From positions 143,594,001-143,658,000 of the forward strand of contig CM059432.1 in NCBI GenBank assembly GCA_030390025.1: 64,000 nt of DNA, given 5' to 3'. Within the stretch, counting starts at the first letter, position 1. Every line of letters starts with the position of its first letter. Under the pieces are notes generated by a model. It did no database searches and was not told the origin of the DNA. It saw only the letters and a program-made list of their open reading frames with translations. Origin of the DNA: Squalus acanthias (taxonomy: Eukaryota). The position numbers and the translations under genes were made by a program. This document shows positions 13,467 to 25,900 of the stretch, piece after piece.

Positions 13467-14500
13467 GAATAGAATCATAGAATGGTTACAGCACGGAGGA
13501 AGGCCATTCGGCCCATCGAGCCCGTGCCGACTCTCAGCTAGTCCCACTCCCCCGCCCTTTCCCCGTAGCCCTGCAAATCTTTTTCCTTCAGATACTTATC
13601 CAACTCCTTTTGAAAAATAAGATCGAGTCTGCCCCCACCACCCTTTCAGGCAGTGCATTCCAGATCTTAACCACTCGCTGAGTAATAAAGTTTTTCCTCA
13701 TGTCGCCTTTGGTTCTTTTGCCAATCACCTTAAATCTGTGTCCTCTGGTTCTCGACCATTCCACCAATGGGAACAGTTTCTCTCTATCTACTCTGTCTAG
13801 ACCCCCTCATGATTTTGAACACCTCTATCAAATCTCCTCTCAACCTTCTCTGCTCGAAGGAGAACAACCCCAGCTTCTCCAGTCTATCCACGTAACTGAA
13901 GTCCCTCATCTCTGGAACCATTCTTGTAAATCTTTTCTGCACCTACTCTAAGGCCTTCACATCCTTCCTAAAGTACGGTGCCCAGAATTGGACACAATAC
14001 TCCAGTTGGGGCCGAACCAGTGTTTATACAGGTTCATCATAATTTCTACGCTTTTGTACTCTATACCTCTATTTATGAAGCCCAAGATCCCATAAGCCTT
14101 TTAAACTGCTTTCTCAACCGGCCCTGCCACCTTCAACGATTTGTGCACACTTACTCCCAGGTCTCTCTGTTCGTGCACCCCCTTCAGGATTGTACCCTTT
14201 AGTTTATATGTCCTCACCTCATTCTTTCTACCAAAATGTATCACTTCACACTTTACTGCGTTAAATTTCATCTGCCACGTGTCCGCCCATTTCAGGGTAC
14301 TGAATTTGGATGATCAGCCATGATCTCATTAAATGGCGGAGCAGGCTCGAGGGGCCGAATGGCCTACTCCTGCTCCTATCTTCTATGTTTCACCAGCCTG
14401 TCGATGTCTTCCTGAAGTCTGTCGCTCTCCTCCTCACTGTTCACTATACAGTACTTCCAAGTTTTGTGTCATCTGCAAATTTTTGAAATTCTACCATTTT
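13467..14500 (-). mobile_element. CR1 RT/3' fragment containing a short + strand CR1 tail (about 14293-14390)
   Basis: Reverse-strand RT C-terminal motifs and (attct)n tail. Confidence 0.8.
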
Positions 14501-14578
14501 TGAAATCCTGTGAAAAAAGAATGTTCAAGCTCTGGTTTGAGGTGATTGGTGATGGTTCAATTTTTGTTTGACTTGCAG

Positions 14579-14714
14579 GAGAACGACTATGTTATAATAT
14601 CCCATAATCTCACTGAACGCCCAGATCATTTCCAGATCGTGGACCCGGAACACAATGGCTCACTCCAGACTGACTGGTACTTTGACGAGGAAAATATGAC
14701 CTTGTATTACTTGG
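14579..14714 (+). CDS. PKHD1L1: PKHD1L1 exon 8
   Basis: cag|GAG..TTGG|gtaaga; ENDYVIISHNLTERPD...TLYYL. Confidence 0.9.
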
Positions 14715-15002
14715 GTAAGATTGGGTACTGTGCTTGTCAGCAGAACAATGACTGCGCTGTGGAAGAAAATCCATTGGATGTGAAGAACTTTGGGACTCAA
14801 GAACACACACAGCAGATCGGACACTCCACAACAGAAAGGGTGCACACAGCACTGGGCGCCCGGATTCTGGGGGGGGGGGGGGGGGGGGGGGGCGGGGGTT
14901 GAGTCCGGATTCCTGGTGGGGCTCCTAGTGGATTAGGTTCCACACCAGGAGTGCAGACTTGGAAAATGACCCTTTAGAATCTGTTTAGGGCAGACTGTCA
15001 CA

Positions 15003-15130
15003 AAAGCGAAACACTGCGGCTGCTGGGAATCTGAAATTAAAAACAGAAAGTGCTGGAAATACTCAGCAGGTCAGGCAGCATCTATGAAGAGAGAAACAGA
15101 GTTAACGTTTCAGGTCAATGACGAAAGGTA
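15003..15130 (-). mobile_element. Diverged Penelope-like family B 3' fragment
   Basis: Similar to the reverse complement of 49255-49371. Confidence 0.7.
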
Positions 15131-15445
15131 ACGCTCTGCCCTCGTCCTTCACCCTGGAATCGTGTCTGTTGTCTATAATCCTTGGAGTCTGGCAGCTTGC
15201 TGCTCAGCCGTGTGTTAGCCGATGGCTCACAAGCGCCACCTGGGGAACATCAGTGGTTCTGCAGCTGTCCAAATATGCATTCAATTTAAAATAAACAAAG
15301 GAGAGGTAACAGCCGTGGATTCATGTTTCAAAAGAATGACATTTGTTTTGTCTTTCTGTATCCCTTTTATTTCCTTCATATTGCTGTAAGGCCTCGTTGA
15401 TGCTAAAATGTCCACAGCTCCTGACATAATGAAATGACATTCCAG

Positions 15446-15584
15446 TTACAGGAACGTACGATTCACAATTGGCCAGCCTCGACCCAACAACGATTGACGT
15501 AGATGTTAATTTTCGTGTCTTCCGCTGCTTTTTCCAAAACTGTGCAACAGTGCCCTCGACGATCAGTGCACCTGCTGAACACAA
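15446..15584 (+). CDS. PKHD1L1: PKHD1L1 exon 9
   Basis: cag|TT..ACAA|gtaaga; VTGTYDSQLASLDPTTIDVDVNFRVFRCFFQNC; phases 1 and 2 fit the neighbouring exons. Confidence 0.82.
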
Positions 15585-16095
15585 GTAAGACATTACATTG
15601 AGTAAAGACCGAGGAGGACAGGGAGGGGATGGTGAATATTCAAACAGAAAACTGGTTGTTGCAACAGATTCATAGAATCTTACAGCACAGGAGGAGGCCA
15701 TTCGGCCCATCATGCCGGTGTCGGCTCTTTGAAAGAGCCCTCCAATTAGTCCCACTCCCCCCTGCTCTTTCCCCACAGCCCTGCAAAACTTTCCCTTTTC
15801 AAATATTTACCCAATTCCCTTTTTGAAAGTTACGATTGAATTTGCTTCCAGCACCCTTTCAGGCAGCGCAATCCAGATCACAACAACTCGCTGCCTAACA
15901 AAAATTCTCCTCATCTCCCCTCTGGCTTTTTTGCCAATTATCTTAAACCTGTGTGCTCTGGTTACCGACCCTCCCAACAGTATATATATATATATTTATA
16001 CCTATTTTCAATATTTTTGCATTTACGGTAATTGACATTTGCCTCTCAAACAGAACGAGGAATGATAGCCATTCTCGAAAATGTTTTCTTTCCAG

Positions 16096-16184
16096 TGTGT
16101 GGTCGAACTCTTCGTTCTGGAAATCCTCGCCGGAAAACAACTACACGGTTCCTGGTGATGGTGACAGCGTGGTGATCCTGCCAG
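16096..16184 (+). CDS. PKHD1L1: PKHD1L1 exon 10 (start of G8 domain 2)
   Basis: cag|T..CCAG|gtactg; VWSNSSFWKSSPENNYTVPGDGDSVVILP. Confidence 0.9.
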
Positions 16185-16279
16185 GTACTGAGTAATGACT
16201 AAACCAACTTCCCCAGCACAAAAGTCCATTCACTAAATCACTATCGACTTCTTCATATCTTAAGGAGGTCCCTAAGGGA

Positions 16280-17608
16280 TGTTGTTTTAAGGGATAAGTA
16301 TTGGCCAGGACACCAGGGAGAACATCCCTGTTCTTCCTCAAATTGAATCTGTTATTTTGACCCGAGAGAGCAGGCGGGACCTCGGTTTAACGTCTCATCT
16401 GAAAGACGGCACCTCCGACAGTGCGGCGCTCCCTCAGTACTGCCCCTCCGACAGTGCAGCACTCCCTCAGTACTGCCCCTCCGACAGTGCGGCACTCCCT
16501 CAGTACTGCCCCTCTGACAGTGCGGCGCTCCTTCAGTACTGCCCCTCCGACAGTGCGGCGCTCCTTCAGTACTGCCCCTCCGACAGCGCGGCACTCCCTC
16601 AGTACTGCCCCTCCGACAGCGCAGCGCTCCCTCAGTACTGCCCCTCCGACAGTGCAGCACTCCCTCAGTACTGCCCCTCCGACAGAGCAGCCCTCCCTCA
16701 GTACTGCCCCTCCGACAGTGCAGCGCTCCCTCAGTACTGCCCCTCCGACAGTGCAGCGCTCCCTCAGTACTGCACCTCCAACAGTGCAGCACTCCCTCAG
16801 TACTGCCCCTCCGACAGTGCAGCGCTCCCTCAGTACTGCCCCCCAACAGTGCAGCTCTCCCTCAGTACTGCCCCTCCAACAGTGCAGCGCTCCCTCTGTA
16901 CTGCCCCTCCGACAGTGCAGCCCTCTCTCAGTACTGCCCCTCCGACAGTGCAGCGCTCCCTCTGTACTGCACCTCCAACAGTGCAGCGCTCCCTCAGTAC
17001 TGCCCCTCCGACAGTGCAGCACTCCCTCAGTACCGCCCCTCCGACAGAGCAGCCCTCCCTCAGTACTGCCCCTCCGACAGTGCAGCACTCCCTCAGTACT
17101 GCCCCTCCGACAGTGCAGCACTCCCTCAGTACTGCCCCTCCGACAGTGCAGCACTCCCTCAGTACTGCCCCCCCGACAGTGCAGCACTCCCTCAGTACTG
17201 CCCCTCCGACAGTGCGGCACTCCCTCAGTACTGCCCCTCCGACAGTGCGGCGCTCCCTCAGTACTGCCCCTCCGACAGTGCAGCGCTCCCTCAGTACTGA
17301 CCCTCCGACAGTGCTGCGCTCCCTCAGTACTGCCCCCCCGACAGTGCAGCACTCCCTCAGTACTGCCCCTCCGACAGTGCGGCGCTCCCTCAGTACTGAC
17401 CCTCCGACAGTGCAGCGCTCCCTCAGTACTGCCCCTCCGACAGTGCAGCATTCCCTCAGTACTGCCCCTCCGACAGTGCAGCACTCCCTCAGTACTGCGA
17501 TGGGAGTGTCGGCCTGGATTATGTGCTCAGGTCCCTGGAGTGGGACTATGAACCTACGGCCTTCTGACCAAGTGGCGGGTAGTGCTCCCCACTGAGCCAC
17601 AGCTGACA
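16280..17608 (-). mobile_element. Deu-type SINE inflated by an internal minisatellite
   Basis: SINE head at 17500-17608 and core at 16280-16410 flank the array. Confidence 0.75.
16411..17498. repeat. 33-bp minisatellite, about 33 copies
   Basis: (cccctccgacagtgcagcactccctcagtactg)n. Confidence 0.95.
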
Positions 17609-17949
17609 CTTGAAGACGTCAGGACTTGGATCCTAGAGGGCCCACCAGTGAATGAGCAACAACCCATTCATTACCTGGTGAAGCCTCTTGATATTCAGCC
17701 AGACCGACCATCTCCTCCTGCCAACGGAGTGCCACGGAGCCATTCCCAAAATCACGGCAGCTCTGCGGGGAGGGTGCCCTCGTCGTACCAACAACTGTCC
17801 CGGTCACCCATGACACCGTCGCCGGGATTTGGGGTGGGGTCAAGGTGGCGAGAGACAGGTCTGTGCTTTGGGGTTGTGTTTTTTCCAATAAGCAAAAGGT
17901 TGGTGAATGAAAAGCTAATTGTTCATGTTTAAACAAATTATTCCTGCAG

Positions 17950-18101
17950 GAGTATGGCTGGTGGTGGACGTCCTAATTCCTTCACTGTATAATCTTACCA
18001 TCTATGGCATTTTGGAAATTAAGGATGAGAATTTGACATCGGGACATCATTCATCGCCCTACGTGAACATCGTCCTAAATGCAACATACATTTCAATTCA
18101 G
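17950..18101 (+). CDS. PKHD1L1: PKHD1L1 exon 11
   Basis: cag|GA..CAG|gtaaag; VWLVVDVLIPSLYNLTIYGILEI...VLNATYISIQ. Confidence 0.9.
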
Positions 18102-18449
18102 GTAAAGTTCCATTGCAATCCTATCTCTGAGCAATGTAAGGGAGGATTGAGAAGTGAGGGCTAGTTTCACCAGGTGAGGAGGTTAAGGGTTAACCTGATG
18201 GCGGTCTCCAAGATTGTGTTGGGTTACTCTGAGTTAAATAATGATCGACTGTTTCCACTGGTCGGTAACGAGAGGGCAAGAATTTAAGATAATCACAAAA
18301 ATTGAAGGGGTGGTTACAAAAAAATATCTTTAGACAAAGGGTGGTTAGAATATGAATTCTGTGCCACAAACTGTTGTTGAAGTAGAATCCATCAATAAAA
18401 AGGATTAGACCATTTATTGAAAAAGAGGAATGTTAAAGGATGTGGGGAG

Positions 18450-19135
18450 TGAGGTGGCGAGTGGGATTAGACTGGGTGGGATATTGAATGATATGGGGAG
18501 TGAGCAGGAGGGTGAGACTAGACTGGGTGGGATATTGAAGGGTGCAGGGAGTGAGCAGGAGAGTGGGGTTAGACTGGGTTGGATATTAAAGGGTGCGGGG
18601 AGTGAGGGGGAGAGTGGGATTAGACTGGGTGGGATATTGAAGGGTGCGGGGAGTGAGCGGGAGAGTGGGATTAGACTGGGTGGGATATTGAAGGGTACGG
18701 GGAGTGAGGCGAGAGTGGGATTAGACTGGGTGGGATATTGAAGGGTACGGGGAGGGAGCAGGAGAGTGGGATTAGACTGGGTGGGATATTAAAGGGTGCG
18801 GGGAGAGAGCGGGAGAGTGGGATTAGACTGGGTGGGATATTAAAGGGTGCGGGGAGAGAGCGGGAGAGTGGGATTAGACTGGGTGGGATATTGAAGGGTA
18901 CGGGGAGGGAGCAGGAGAGTGGGATTAGACTGGGTGGGATATTAAAGGGTGCGGGGAGTGAGCAGGAGAGTGGGATTAGACTGGGTGGGATATTAAAGGG
19001 TACGGCGAGGGAGCAGGAGAGTGGGATTAGACTGGGTGGGATATTGAAGGGTACGGGGAGTGAGCAGGAGAGTGGGATTAGACTGGGTGGGATATTGAAG
19101 GGTACGGGGAGTGAGCAGGAGAGTGGGTTAGACTG
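18450..19135. repeat. 51-bp minisatellite, about 13 copies
   Basis: (ggagagtgggattagactgggtgggatattgaagggtacggggagtgagca)n. Confidence 0.92.
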
Positions 19136-19256
19136 AAGTCTGCAAGTGCTGCTGCCTCCTCTGTCACTGTGCTTGCCCCCAATCTCTGCCTCAGGGCTGG
19201 TCCGGAAAGGCCTGCGTTTAACTTCACCTGTAATACTGTCGGTGCCTTTTTTGCAG

Positions 19257-19386
19257 GGAGGAAGGCTTATCGCAGGCACGCAAGAGCAACCTTTCAGAGG
19301 AGAGCTGCAGATTGTTTTGAGAGGAGACCATTTGACTCCAGAATGGCCTTTACCAAATGGACCGAATCAAGGGTCAAAGGTGTTGG
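19257..19386 (+). CDS. PKHD1L1: PKHD1L1 exon 12
   Basis: cag|GGA..TTGG|gtgagt; GGRLIAG...PFRGELQIVLRG...GPNQGSKVL. Confidence 0.93.
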
Positions 19387-19772
19387 GTGAGTCACTGCAG
19401 AGGGCCTTTGCAGATTCATTAATGATGAAATATTTTTTGAAAAACTTGTTAACTGCAGGTTATGAAGCAAGAAAGCGGAGGAAATAATCTTTCCCCACTC
19501 ACTCTACGAGAATCCTTCACCATTTAAAAAAACTGTTACATCTCCTCTTCGCCTTCTCTGCTCCCATGGAAGAAGTCCCAGTCTCTCAGACCATTCTCAT
19601 AGTTTCCCATCCCTGACAGTCACCCTACAATTCTGATCACTTTGATACAAAGGATCGGTGATGAGATGGCAGCGTTTTGGGGGAGAGAGAGTTCCAGATT
19701 TCCGCTACTCTTTTGTGTGAAGAAGTGCTTCCCGATTTCACTCCTTGTCCCACTGCACGCTCGGTGTAACTA

Positions 19773-20070
19773 CAGGAAACTCTTTATTAACCGGCACCGA
19801 CGGGACCGGCGTGGTGCCGGTTGATCAAAAAGTCCGGATTACAGAGAGGTATACTTACCAAGGTACGAGAGCCCCGTACACGGCCACAGGTGCAGGAACC
19901 CCAGTTACACGGCCACAGATCCAGGAGTCCCTGGTGCACGGCCACAGGTGCAGGAACCCCGGTTACACGGCCACTAATATATAGTAAAACTTACCTGAAC
20001 CTACTCCTGAATTTTGCCGGTTAAGAGAGATTTCCGGATATTTAGGTGCCGGTTAAAAGAGAGTTTCCTG
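19773..20070. mobile_element. Tc1/mariner (pogo/Tigger-like) MITE
   Basis: TA-flanked 26-bp TIRs caggaaactctttattaaccggcacc / ggtgccggttaaaagagagtttcctg; internal 29-bp tandem repeats. Confidence 0.8.
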
Positions 20071-20186
20071 TACTTGTTTTAGGTGCAGTAATCAGGGCTG
20101 TTTTTTGAGTTGTCAATTAATTGTTTCTGAAGTATTCACTAGTGCCCGGGGTTGCCATGCCTGTGTTCTTCTTTCTCGTTCTGTAG

Positions 20187-20305
20187 GTGTGTTTGGAGGA
20201 CTGGATCTTCATGGACTTCCTCATCTGGTCTACAAGACCAAACTTGCTTTAACAGCGCCAGCTGGGTCCACCAACATAACTCTGGCAGAAGCTGTTGATT
20301 GGCGG
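20187..20305 (+). CDS. PKHD1L1: PKHD1L1 exon 13
   Basis: tag|GT..CGG|gtaaga; VFGGLDLHGLPHLVYKTKL...AVDWR. Confidence 0.92.
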
Positions 20306-21078
20306 GTAAGAGCTGATCCCTGTGTATGGCCTCGCGCTGATGATTTTGGATGGCTTCTTTCGGGTGTATCTCTGCCCACTTCTACAAGGGTAGGGGGGAG
20401 TGAGACCAGGCATTCGGGACTCGACTAAGTTGGGAGTTCCTGCACTCAGGGCCATCAGTTGGGTCCCTGGTCTCATCAGGGTGTGCCTCGTCCAAAGGGG
20501 TGGACGTGGGACCCTCCTCTGGGGGACGAGGTCAAGATCCGAGCCTGTACTCCCAAAGATGAGTGTTTTTTTCTTGGGGGCGGGGGGGGGGCATGGGTTG
20601 AAGCAACCCCCTTTGTAAACATGGCCGTTCTGGGCACCCAGATTCTTCTGGGGGTGGGGGTGGAGGGGGAACTAACACCCTGCCCCCTCCCACCCCACCT
20701 ACCCTCCCCAGGCTGGTCACCTACTGCCTGCGTTTCTGGGGTCTTCTGCTGGAGGGAGCTGCGGTTCTCCCCCACATGCCTATGGCTCCTTGACCCTCCT
20801 TCCCACAACCCCCCCCCCCAAACCCGTCAGAGGCGGAGATCTGCGAAGGGTGCGATTTCCCCAGCCCGGCCCCAGGGGACAATGATTGAATCTATCGCGT
20901 GTTCTGACTGACTGGACTTTTCTTTATAAAATTGGGCGGTGGGGGTTGGCGGGGGGGGGGGGGGGGGAACCAATCCACTTAAACCAGGCTAAAGGGGAAT
21001 TTGTAAGTGAGATCTAGTTTATCTGATGGTTCAAATCTTTCTGGATGAAGCCAGCTAACTGATACTCATTTTGAGCAG

Positions 21079-21208
21079 GAAGGCGATGAGATCTTAGTGA
21101 CGACAACCAGCTACAATTTTGAGCAGACAGAAACCAGGACAATCAGCTCCGTCTCCTTTGACAGAAGGACGCTGGTTTTGAACGAGCCGCTTTCATACAC
21201 ACACATCG
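21079..21208 (+). CDS. PKHD1L1: PKHD1L1 exon 14
   Basis: cag|GAA..ATCG|gtaggt; EGDEILVTTTSYNFEQTETRTI...LSYTHI. Confidence 0.92.
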
Positions 21209-21319
21209 GTAGGTGCCAGCTGATTGGCTGTTCCAGCGGGACCCTTGGTACTGTCATAATCGAGACCTGGACACCCCTCTGTTGCAGAATAACCTCGAGG
21301 GGTGGAGGGAGGGAGGGAA

Positions 21320-21910
21320 TTACACAGAATTTACAGCACAGAAACAGGCCATTGGGTCCAACCAGTCTATGCCAGTGTTTATGCTCCACTCGAGCCTCTT
21401 CCCATTCTTCCTCATCTAACTCTATCAGTATAACCCTCTATTCCCTTCTCCCTCATGTGTTTATCTCACTTCCCCTTAAATGCATCTATACTATTCGTCT
21501 CAACTACCTCCAAAGTAGCGAGTTCCACACTCTCACCAGCTCTCTGGGTAAAGAAGTTTCTTCTGAATTCCCTATTTGATTTCTTGGTGACTATCTTATA
21601 TTGATGGCCTCTAGATTTGCTCTTCCCCACAAGTGCAAACACTCTCTCTGTGTCTACTCTATCAAAACCTTTCATAATTATAAAGACCTCTATTAGGTCA
21701 CCCTTCAGTCTTCTGTTTTCAAGAGAAAAGAGACCCAGTCTGTTCATCCTTTCCTGATAGGTATAACCTCGCAGTTCTGCTTTCATCCTTGTAAATCTTT
21801 TTTGCACCCTCTCCAGTGCCTTTATATACTTTTTATAATATGGTGACCAGAATTATTCACAGTACTCCAAGTGTGGTCTAACCAAGGTTCGATACAAGTT
21901 TAGCATAAGT
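21320..21910 (-). mobile_element. CR1 3' fragment
   Basis: QKRFTRM..KGDLIEVF..RNFFTQR. Confidence 0.8.
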
Positions 21911-22340
21911 GTCTGAGGAGGGAAGTGGGTGATCTGGTGGATGGGATGCTTGCCTGTAACCTGACAGAGGTAAGTAGTCCCTCGTTTGGAACTAATGGTC
22001 AATCTTGGCTCGAGGCACCTCATTAGTAAACCTCAGAAAAACCACAAGGGCTCAAAATCCACGGGGGACGTTGACTTATCTCGGTGTGAATGCTGGGCTG
22101 TGTCCACCCCAAGGCCTCCGCCACTGACCCTGCCACGGTTAGCGGGTTTAAGGGGGAGGTCCCTTCATTTGCTTGGTCTAGGTGGGTATCCTCACCGCTA
22201 GGGGGGCATCTCAGGTGCCCACTCCCCTCCCCCCAGTCCCTGGAGGGTGCTTCTCACAGGGAGAGAAAATCAGAGGGAGGGAGCGTCATTCACAGACCCC
22301 TCATGAACTTCATGAGAAGGTTAGATGAAGGCCCAAGAGG

Positions 22341-22590
22341 AGGTCAACGACCCACCATGTCTGGGGGCATAGGTCAGCGACCCACCATGTCTGGGGGCAT
22401 AGGTCAGCGACCCACCATGTCTGGGGGCATAGGTCAGCGACCCACCATGTCTGGGGGCATAGGTCAGCGACCCACCATGTCTGGGGGCATAGGTCAGCGA
22501 CCCACCATGTCTGGGGGCATAGGTCAGCGACCCACCATGTCTGGGGGCATAGGTCAGCGACCCACCATGTCTGGGGGCATAGGTCAGCGA
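22341..22590. repeat. 30-bp near-perfect minisatellite, about 8 copies
   Basis: (aggtcagcgacccaccatgtctgggggcat)n. Confidence 0.95.
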
Positions 22591-22729
22591 CAACAACAAC
22601 CTGCCTTTAATGTAGTAAAAACGTCCCAATGCACTTCACAGGAATGAAATCCGACTGGAGAGGGGAGGAACCAAAAATGCATTGTCCAAAAATACCATTA
22701 TTACATTGTACTAACAAAAGTAAATGAAT

Positions 22730-23095
22730 GCAAGTTATGAGGGGCATAGATAGGGTAGATAGAAAGGAACTTTCCCCCTTAGTAGAGGGGTCAATAACCA
22801 GGGGGCATAGTTTCAAGGTAAGGGGCAGGAGGTTTAGAGGGGATTTGAGGAAAAACCTTTTCACCCAGAGGGCGGTTGGAATCTGGAACTCACTGCCTGA
22901 AAGGGTGGTAGAGGCAGGAACCCTCACAACATTCAAGAAGCATTTAGATGAGCACTTGAAACGCCATAGCATACAAGGCTACGGACCAAGTGCTGGCAAA
23001 TGGGATTAGAATAGACTGGGCTTGATGGCCGGCGCGGACACGATGGGCCGAAGGGCCTCTTTCTGTGCTGTATAACTCTATGACTTCTCTATGAC
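22730..23095 (+). mobile_element. CR1 3' fragment
   Basis: TRGHSFK..FTQRAVGIWNSLP..GYGPSAGKWD*. Confidence 0.8.
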
Positions 23096-23267
23096 TCTGA
23101 GTCCATAATGCAAGAGTCCATTCATTTTTGCCACCAAATTTGTTACTCTAATAAGTCAATTCAGTTCAGATTGGTATGATCCATTTTTTGTTGAGTGAGA
23201 TGTTTATCAAAAGCTGTCTCCTCGTCCACGGATCAATGTGAATGGAGGTTTGTTGTTTTTATTCAAG

Positions 23268-23441
23268 CGGAAACGCACGAAGTGAAGGGAAGCGGGCAGA
23301 GCTACACCTTGGCAGCAGATATTGGCCTCCTCAGTAGAAACATCAAGATCACGGGTCAGGATTATCCTGGCTGGGTAGACGAATCATTCGGAGCACGTGT
23401 GTTGATCAGTTCCTTCACTTATAATAACCTGGAGTTCAAAG
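23268..23441 (+). CDS. PKHD1L1: PKHD1L1 exon 15
   Basis: aag|CG..AAAG|gtatct; ETHEVKGSGQSYTLAADIGLLSRNIKI...SFGARVL. Confidence 0.9.
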
Positions 23442-24049
23442 GTATCTCTTCCTTTAATCGTTTTTTTTCTCATTAAATCTCTGTTTAAAAAAAACTGTAC
23501 AAATGTAATCAATAAAATCTTCTGTGACATTGCTCCGGGTGAGTGTGAAGTTGATAAGGGCGGAGGATGATGTGAGGTAGTATTACCAGGGATATTGGCT
23601 TATCAGCTGGCCCTTGGGCTCTGTCAGCACTGGGCTAAGGGCGGCGAGTCCAGGAGTTCTTTGAGGTGAGGTCCCAGGGTTCCCAGACCACTGGAGAGGA
23701 AGGGACTCGGAAAACCGGGGCTTGTCCCACGATGCGGGATTACTGTGAGGAATCCTGGACCAGGGGGCATTGGAAATGATTAGGGGGCACGAGGAACGTG
23801 GGCTTAGGGGGGTGTGAAGACTGAGGTGGATTGTGGGATCTTTACGTTCTTGCATTTACGTATTTAAGCACAAAGTTGCTGCTGATGACATTGAATGCTC
23901 TGAAAAATCACAGGCTGGGGGGGGGGTGTGATTTCCTGGTGTACACTCCCAGAGTGTGCAAGGTGTGCACTGTTGATGTGTTACCAACTCATACAGTCTT
24001 CAATAAATTTCCATAATCAAAATATTACCTCATAAAACACTCAGAAGTT

Positions 24050-25900
24050 CAGATTTGAGGCATTTTTCCAATCTTTACATGACACTAAGACGTTGGGTCG
24101 CTTCCACCTGTGCTGCAATGGCAGCCGCAACATCGCCCATCACACGTACCATCATGTCTGGGTCGACACGGTCTCTTCGGGAGTTTTCCATCATTTCCAG
24201 CCTGGAAATCATGGGCTCCAAGCTCTGCACAGAGCCCCGGGCAATGTTGGAGCCGGACTCCTCCATGCTCCTTGACGTTGCCAAGAGGCTCTCTGGCTGG
24301 CTTGCCATCGCAAATCGGTGTGCATGGCCATCACCCTTCTTCTGAAGGCCGCCCCATCGAGGTCCTCATCTGAGTCTTGTGCAGCAGAACTCGCGTGCGA
24401 ACTCGCCCTCCGAGGAGCTGGCCCCCGAGCTACCCTTTCCCCCTGGCCTTGCTGCAGCCCACTCATGCCCGGTGCCTCACCCCTGTGCAGATCCCACTTC
24501 TACACTAGCCTCTAAAGTACGCGCAGTGCCAGTTTCTGAGCTGGTGTCTGCGAGTGACAGATACCATGATGCTGCGTCTTCTTCTTCTTCTTCTTCTTCT
24601 CACCCCTCGCTCTCCTGCATCGCCTCGGGATAAGCTGCTCGGGTACCTGTTCTTGATTAGCTGAAAGCAGAAAGGCACAAGAGTCAGGTTATGGTGAGGG
24701 GGGCGTGGGGGGAAGCAAGATATGCATGGAGACAGCATCAGCAGCTTGTAAGTGAGAAGAGATTGTGGGATGAGGGGGAAGCTGGATGTGAGAAGAAGGA
24801 TTGGGAATGAGCAGACCATTGTTGTCCCCAAAAGCTTCAACCTCGCCGGTTGCCACGGCCTCCATGATCTGTCGCCCAATGATCTCCAGCACTCTCTCCG
24901 GCAGGTCGGTGAGGTCCTGGTTGGCAGCTTGTCCCCTGCCTGTCTGCCTCTGCTCCCAGTGGTTATGCGCGACCGTGGCCTGCAAGAGAAAGGGCCGCGT
25001 GTCAGTGCGTGCGGTGCAACGTGTTTGGGTGATGTGCCTGCCACAGTTGAATAGCCGTCAGTGTGTGCAAGGTGTGAGATGTGGGTGTGAATGTTGCAGC
25101 AGTGGTAAGGTTGCGAGGGATGAAGTGAAGCTATGATTGTGAGGTCTGAGTGGTGATAGGCAGAGATTGTTGGTAGGTGAGTGATTGGAGTGTGGTGCAT
25201 TGAGCAGTGTCCTGAGGCTTGTGGTGCAGATGGTGGGATTTGACATTTGCTGTAGCCTTCACTCACCTTGACCTGCTGTGTGAAGTCATTAAACTTCTTT
25301 CGGCACTGGATGGTCGACCTGGGGAACACAGTGCTGGCCGTCACATAGGCGGCTATCCCCCTGCCAGAGCCTTCAAGATGTGTGTGGCGAGGGCTTCCTT
25401 CCAGTCTGCAGGAAGAGAACAGCCCGTCTCCTCTCCATGGCCATGACCAGTGCCTCAAGAGCTGCATCTGAGAATCTACAGGCTCTCTCCCTCCATGTTC
25501 CCTCACGTTGCCAAGAGGCTCTCTGGCAGGCTTGCCATTGCACCAAGCAATTCGGTGTGCATGCCCATCACCCTTCTTCTGAAGGCCGCCCCATCGAGGT
25601 CCTCAGCTGAGTGTTGTGCAGCAGAATTTGTGCGAGAACTTGCCCTCCGGGGAGCTGGCCCCCGAGCTACCCTTTCCCCCTGGCCTTGCTGCAGCCCACT
25701 CCTGCCCGGTGCCTCACCCTGTGCAGATCCCACTTCTACACTAGCCTCTAAAGTACGCGCAGTGCCAGTTTCTGAGCTGGTGTCTGCGAGTGACAGATGC
25801 AGTGACGCTGTGTCTTCTTCTTCCCCCCTCGCTCTCATTGCATCGCCTGTTGAGACTCAGCCATGTGCTTCCACTGCAATCTTCTTCCAGGTGAAGTTGT
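24050..25900 (-). pseudogene. Decayed, intron-containing Myb/SANT-like DNA-binding gene of Harbinger type, with internal duplication
   Basis: PRSTIQCRKKFND..VK|gtgagt; AHNHWEQRQTGRG..LTDLPERVLEIIG; about 24272-24620 is duplicated at about 25503-25848. Confidence 0.65.

Noticed and set aside
15097..15130. Possible eighth hammerhead (minus strand)
   Set aside because: The CUGANGA half is lost at a small inverted junction; motif incomplete
16352..17609. Long ORFs (259-412 aa) in several frames
   Set aside because: Produced by a stop-poor 33-bp tandem repeat inside a SINE
22341..22590. 30-bp repeats of CRISPR-like length
   Set aside because: Head-to-tail with no spacers, eukaryotic intron, no cas genes
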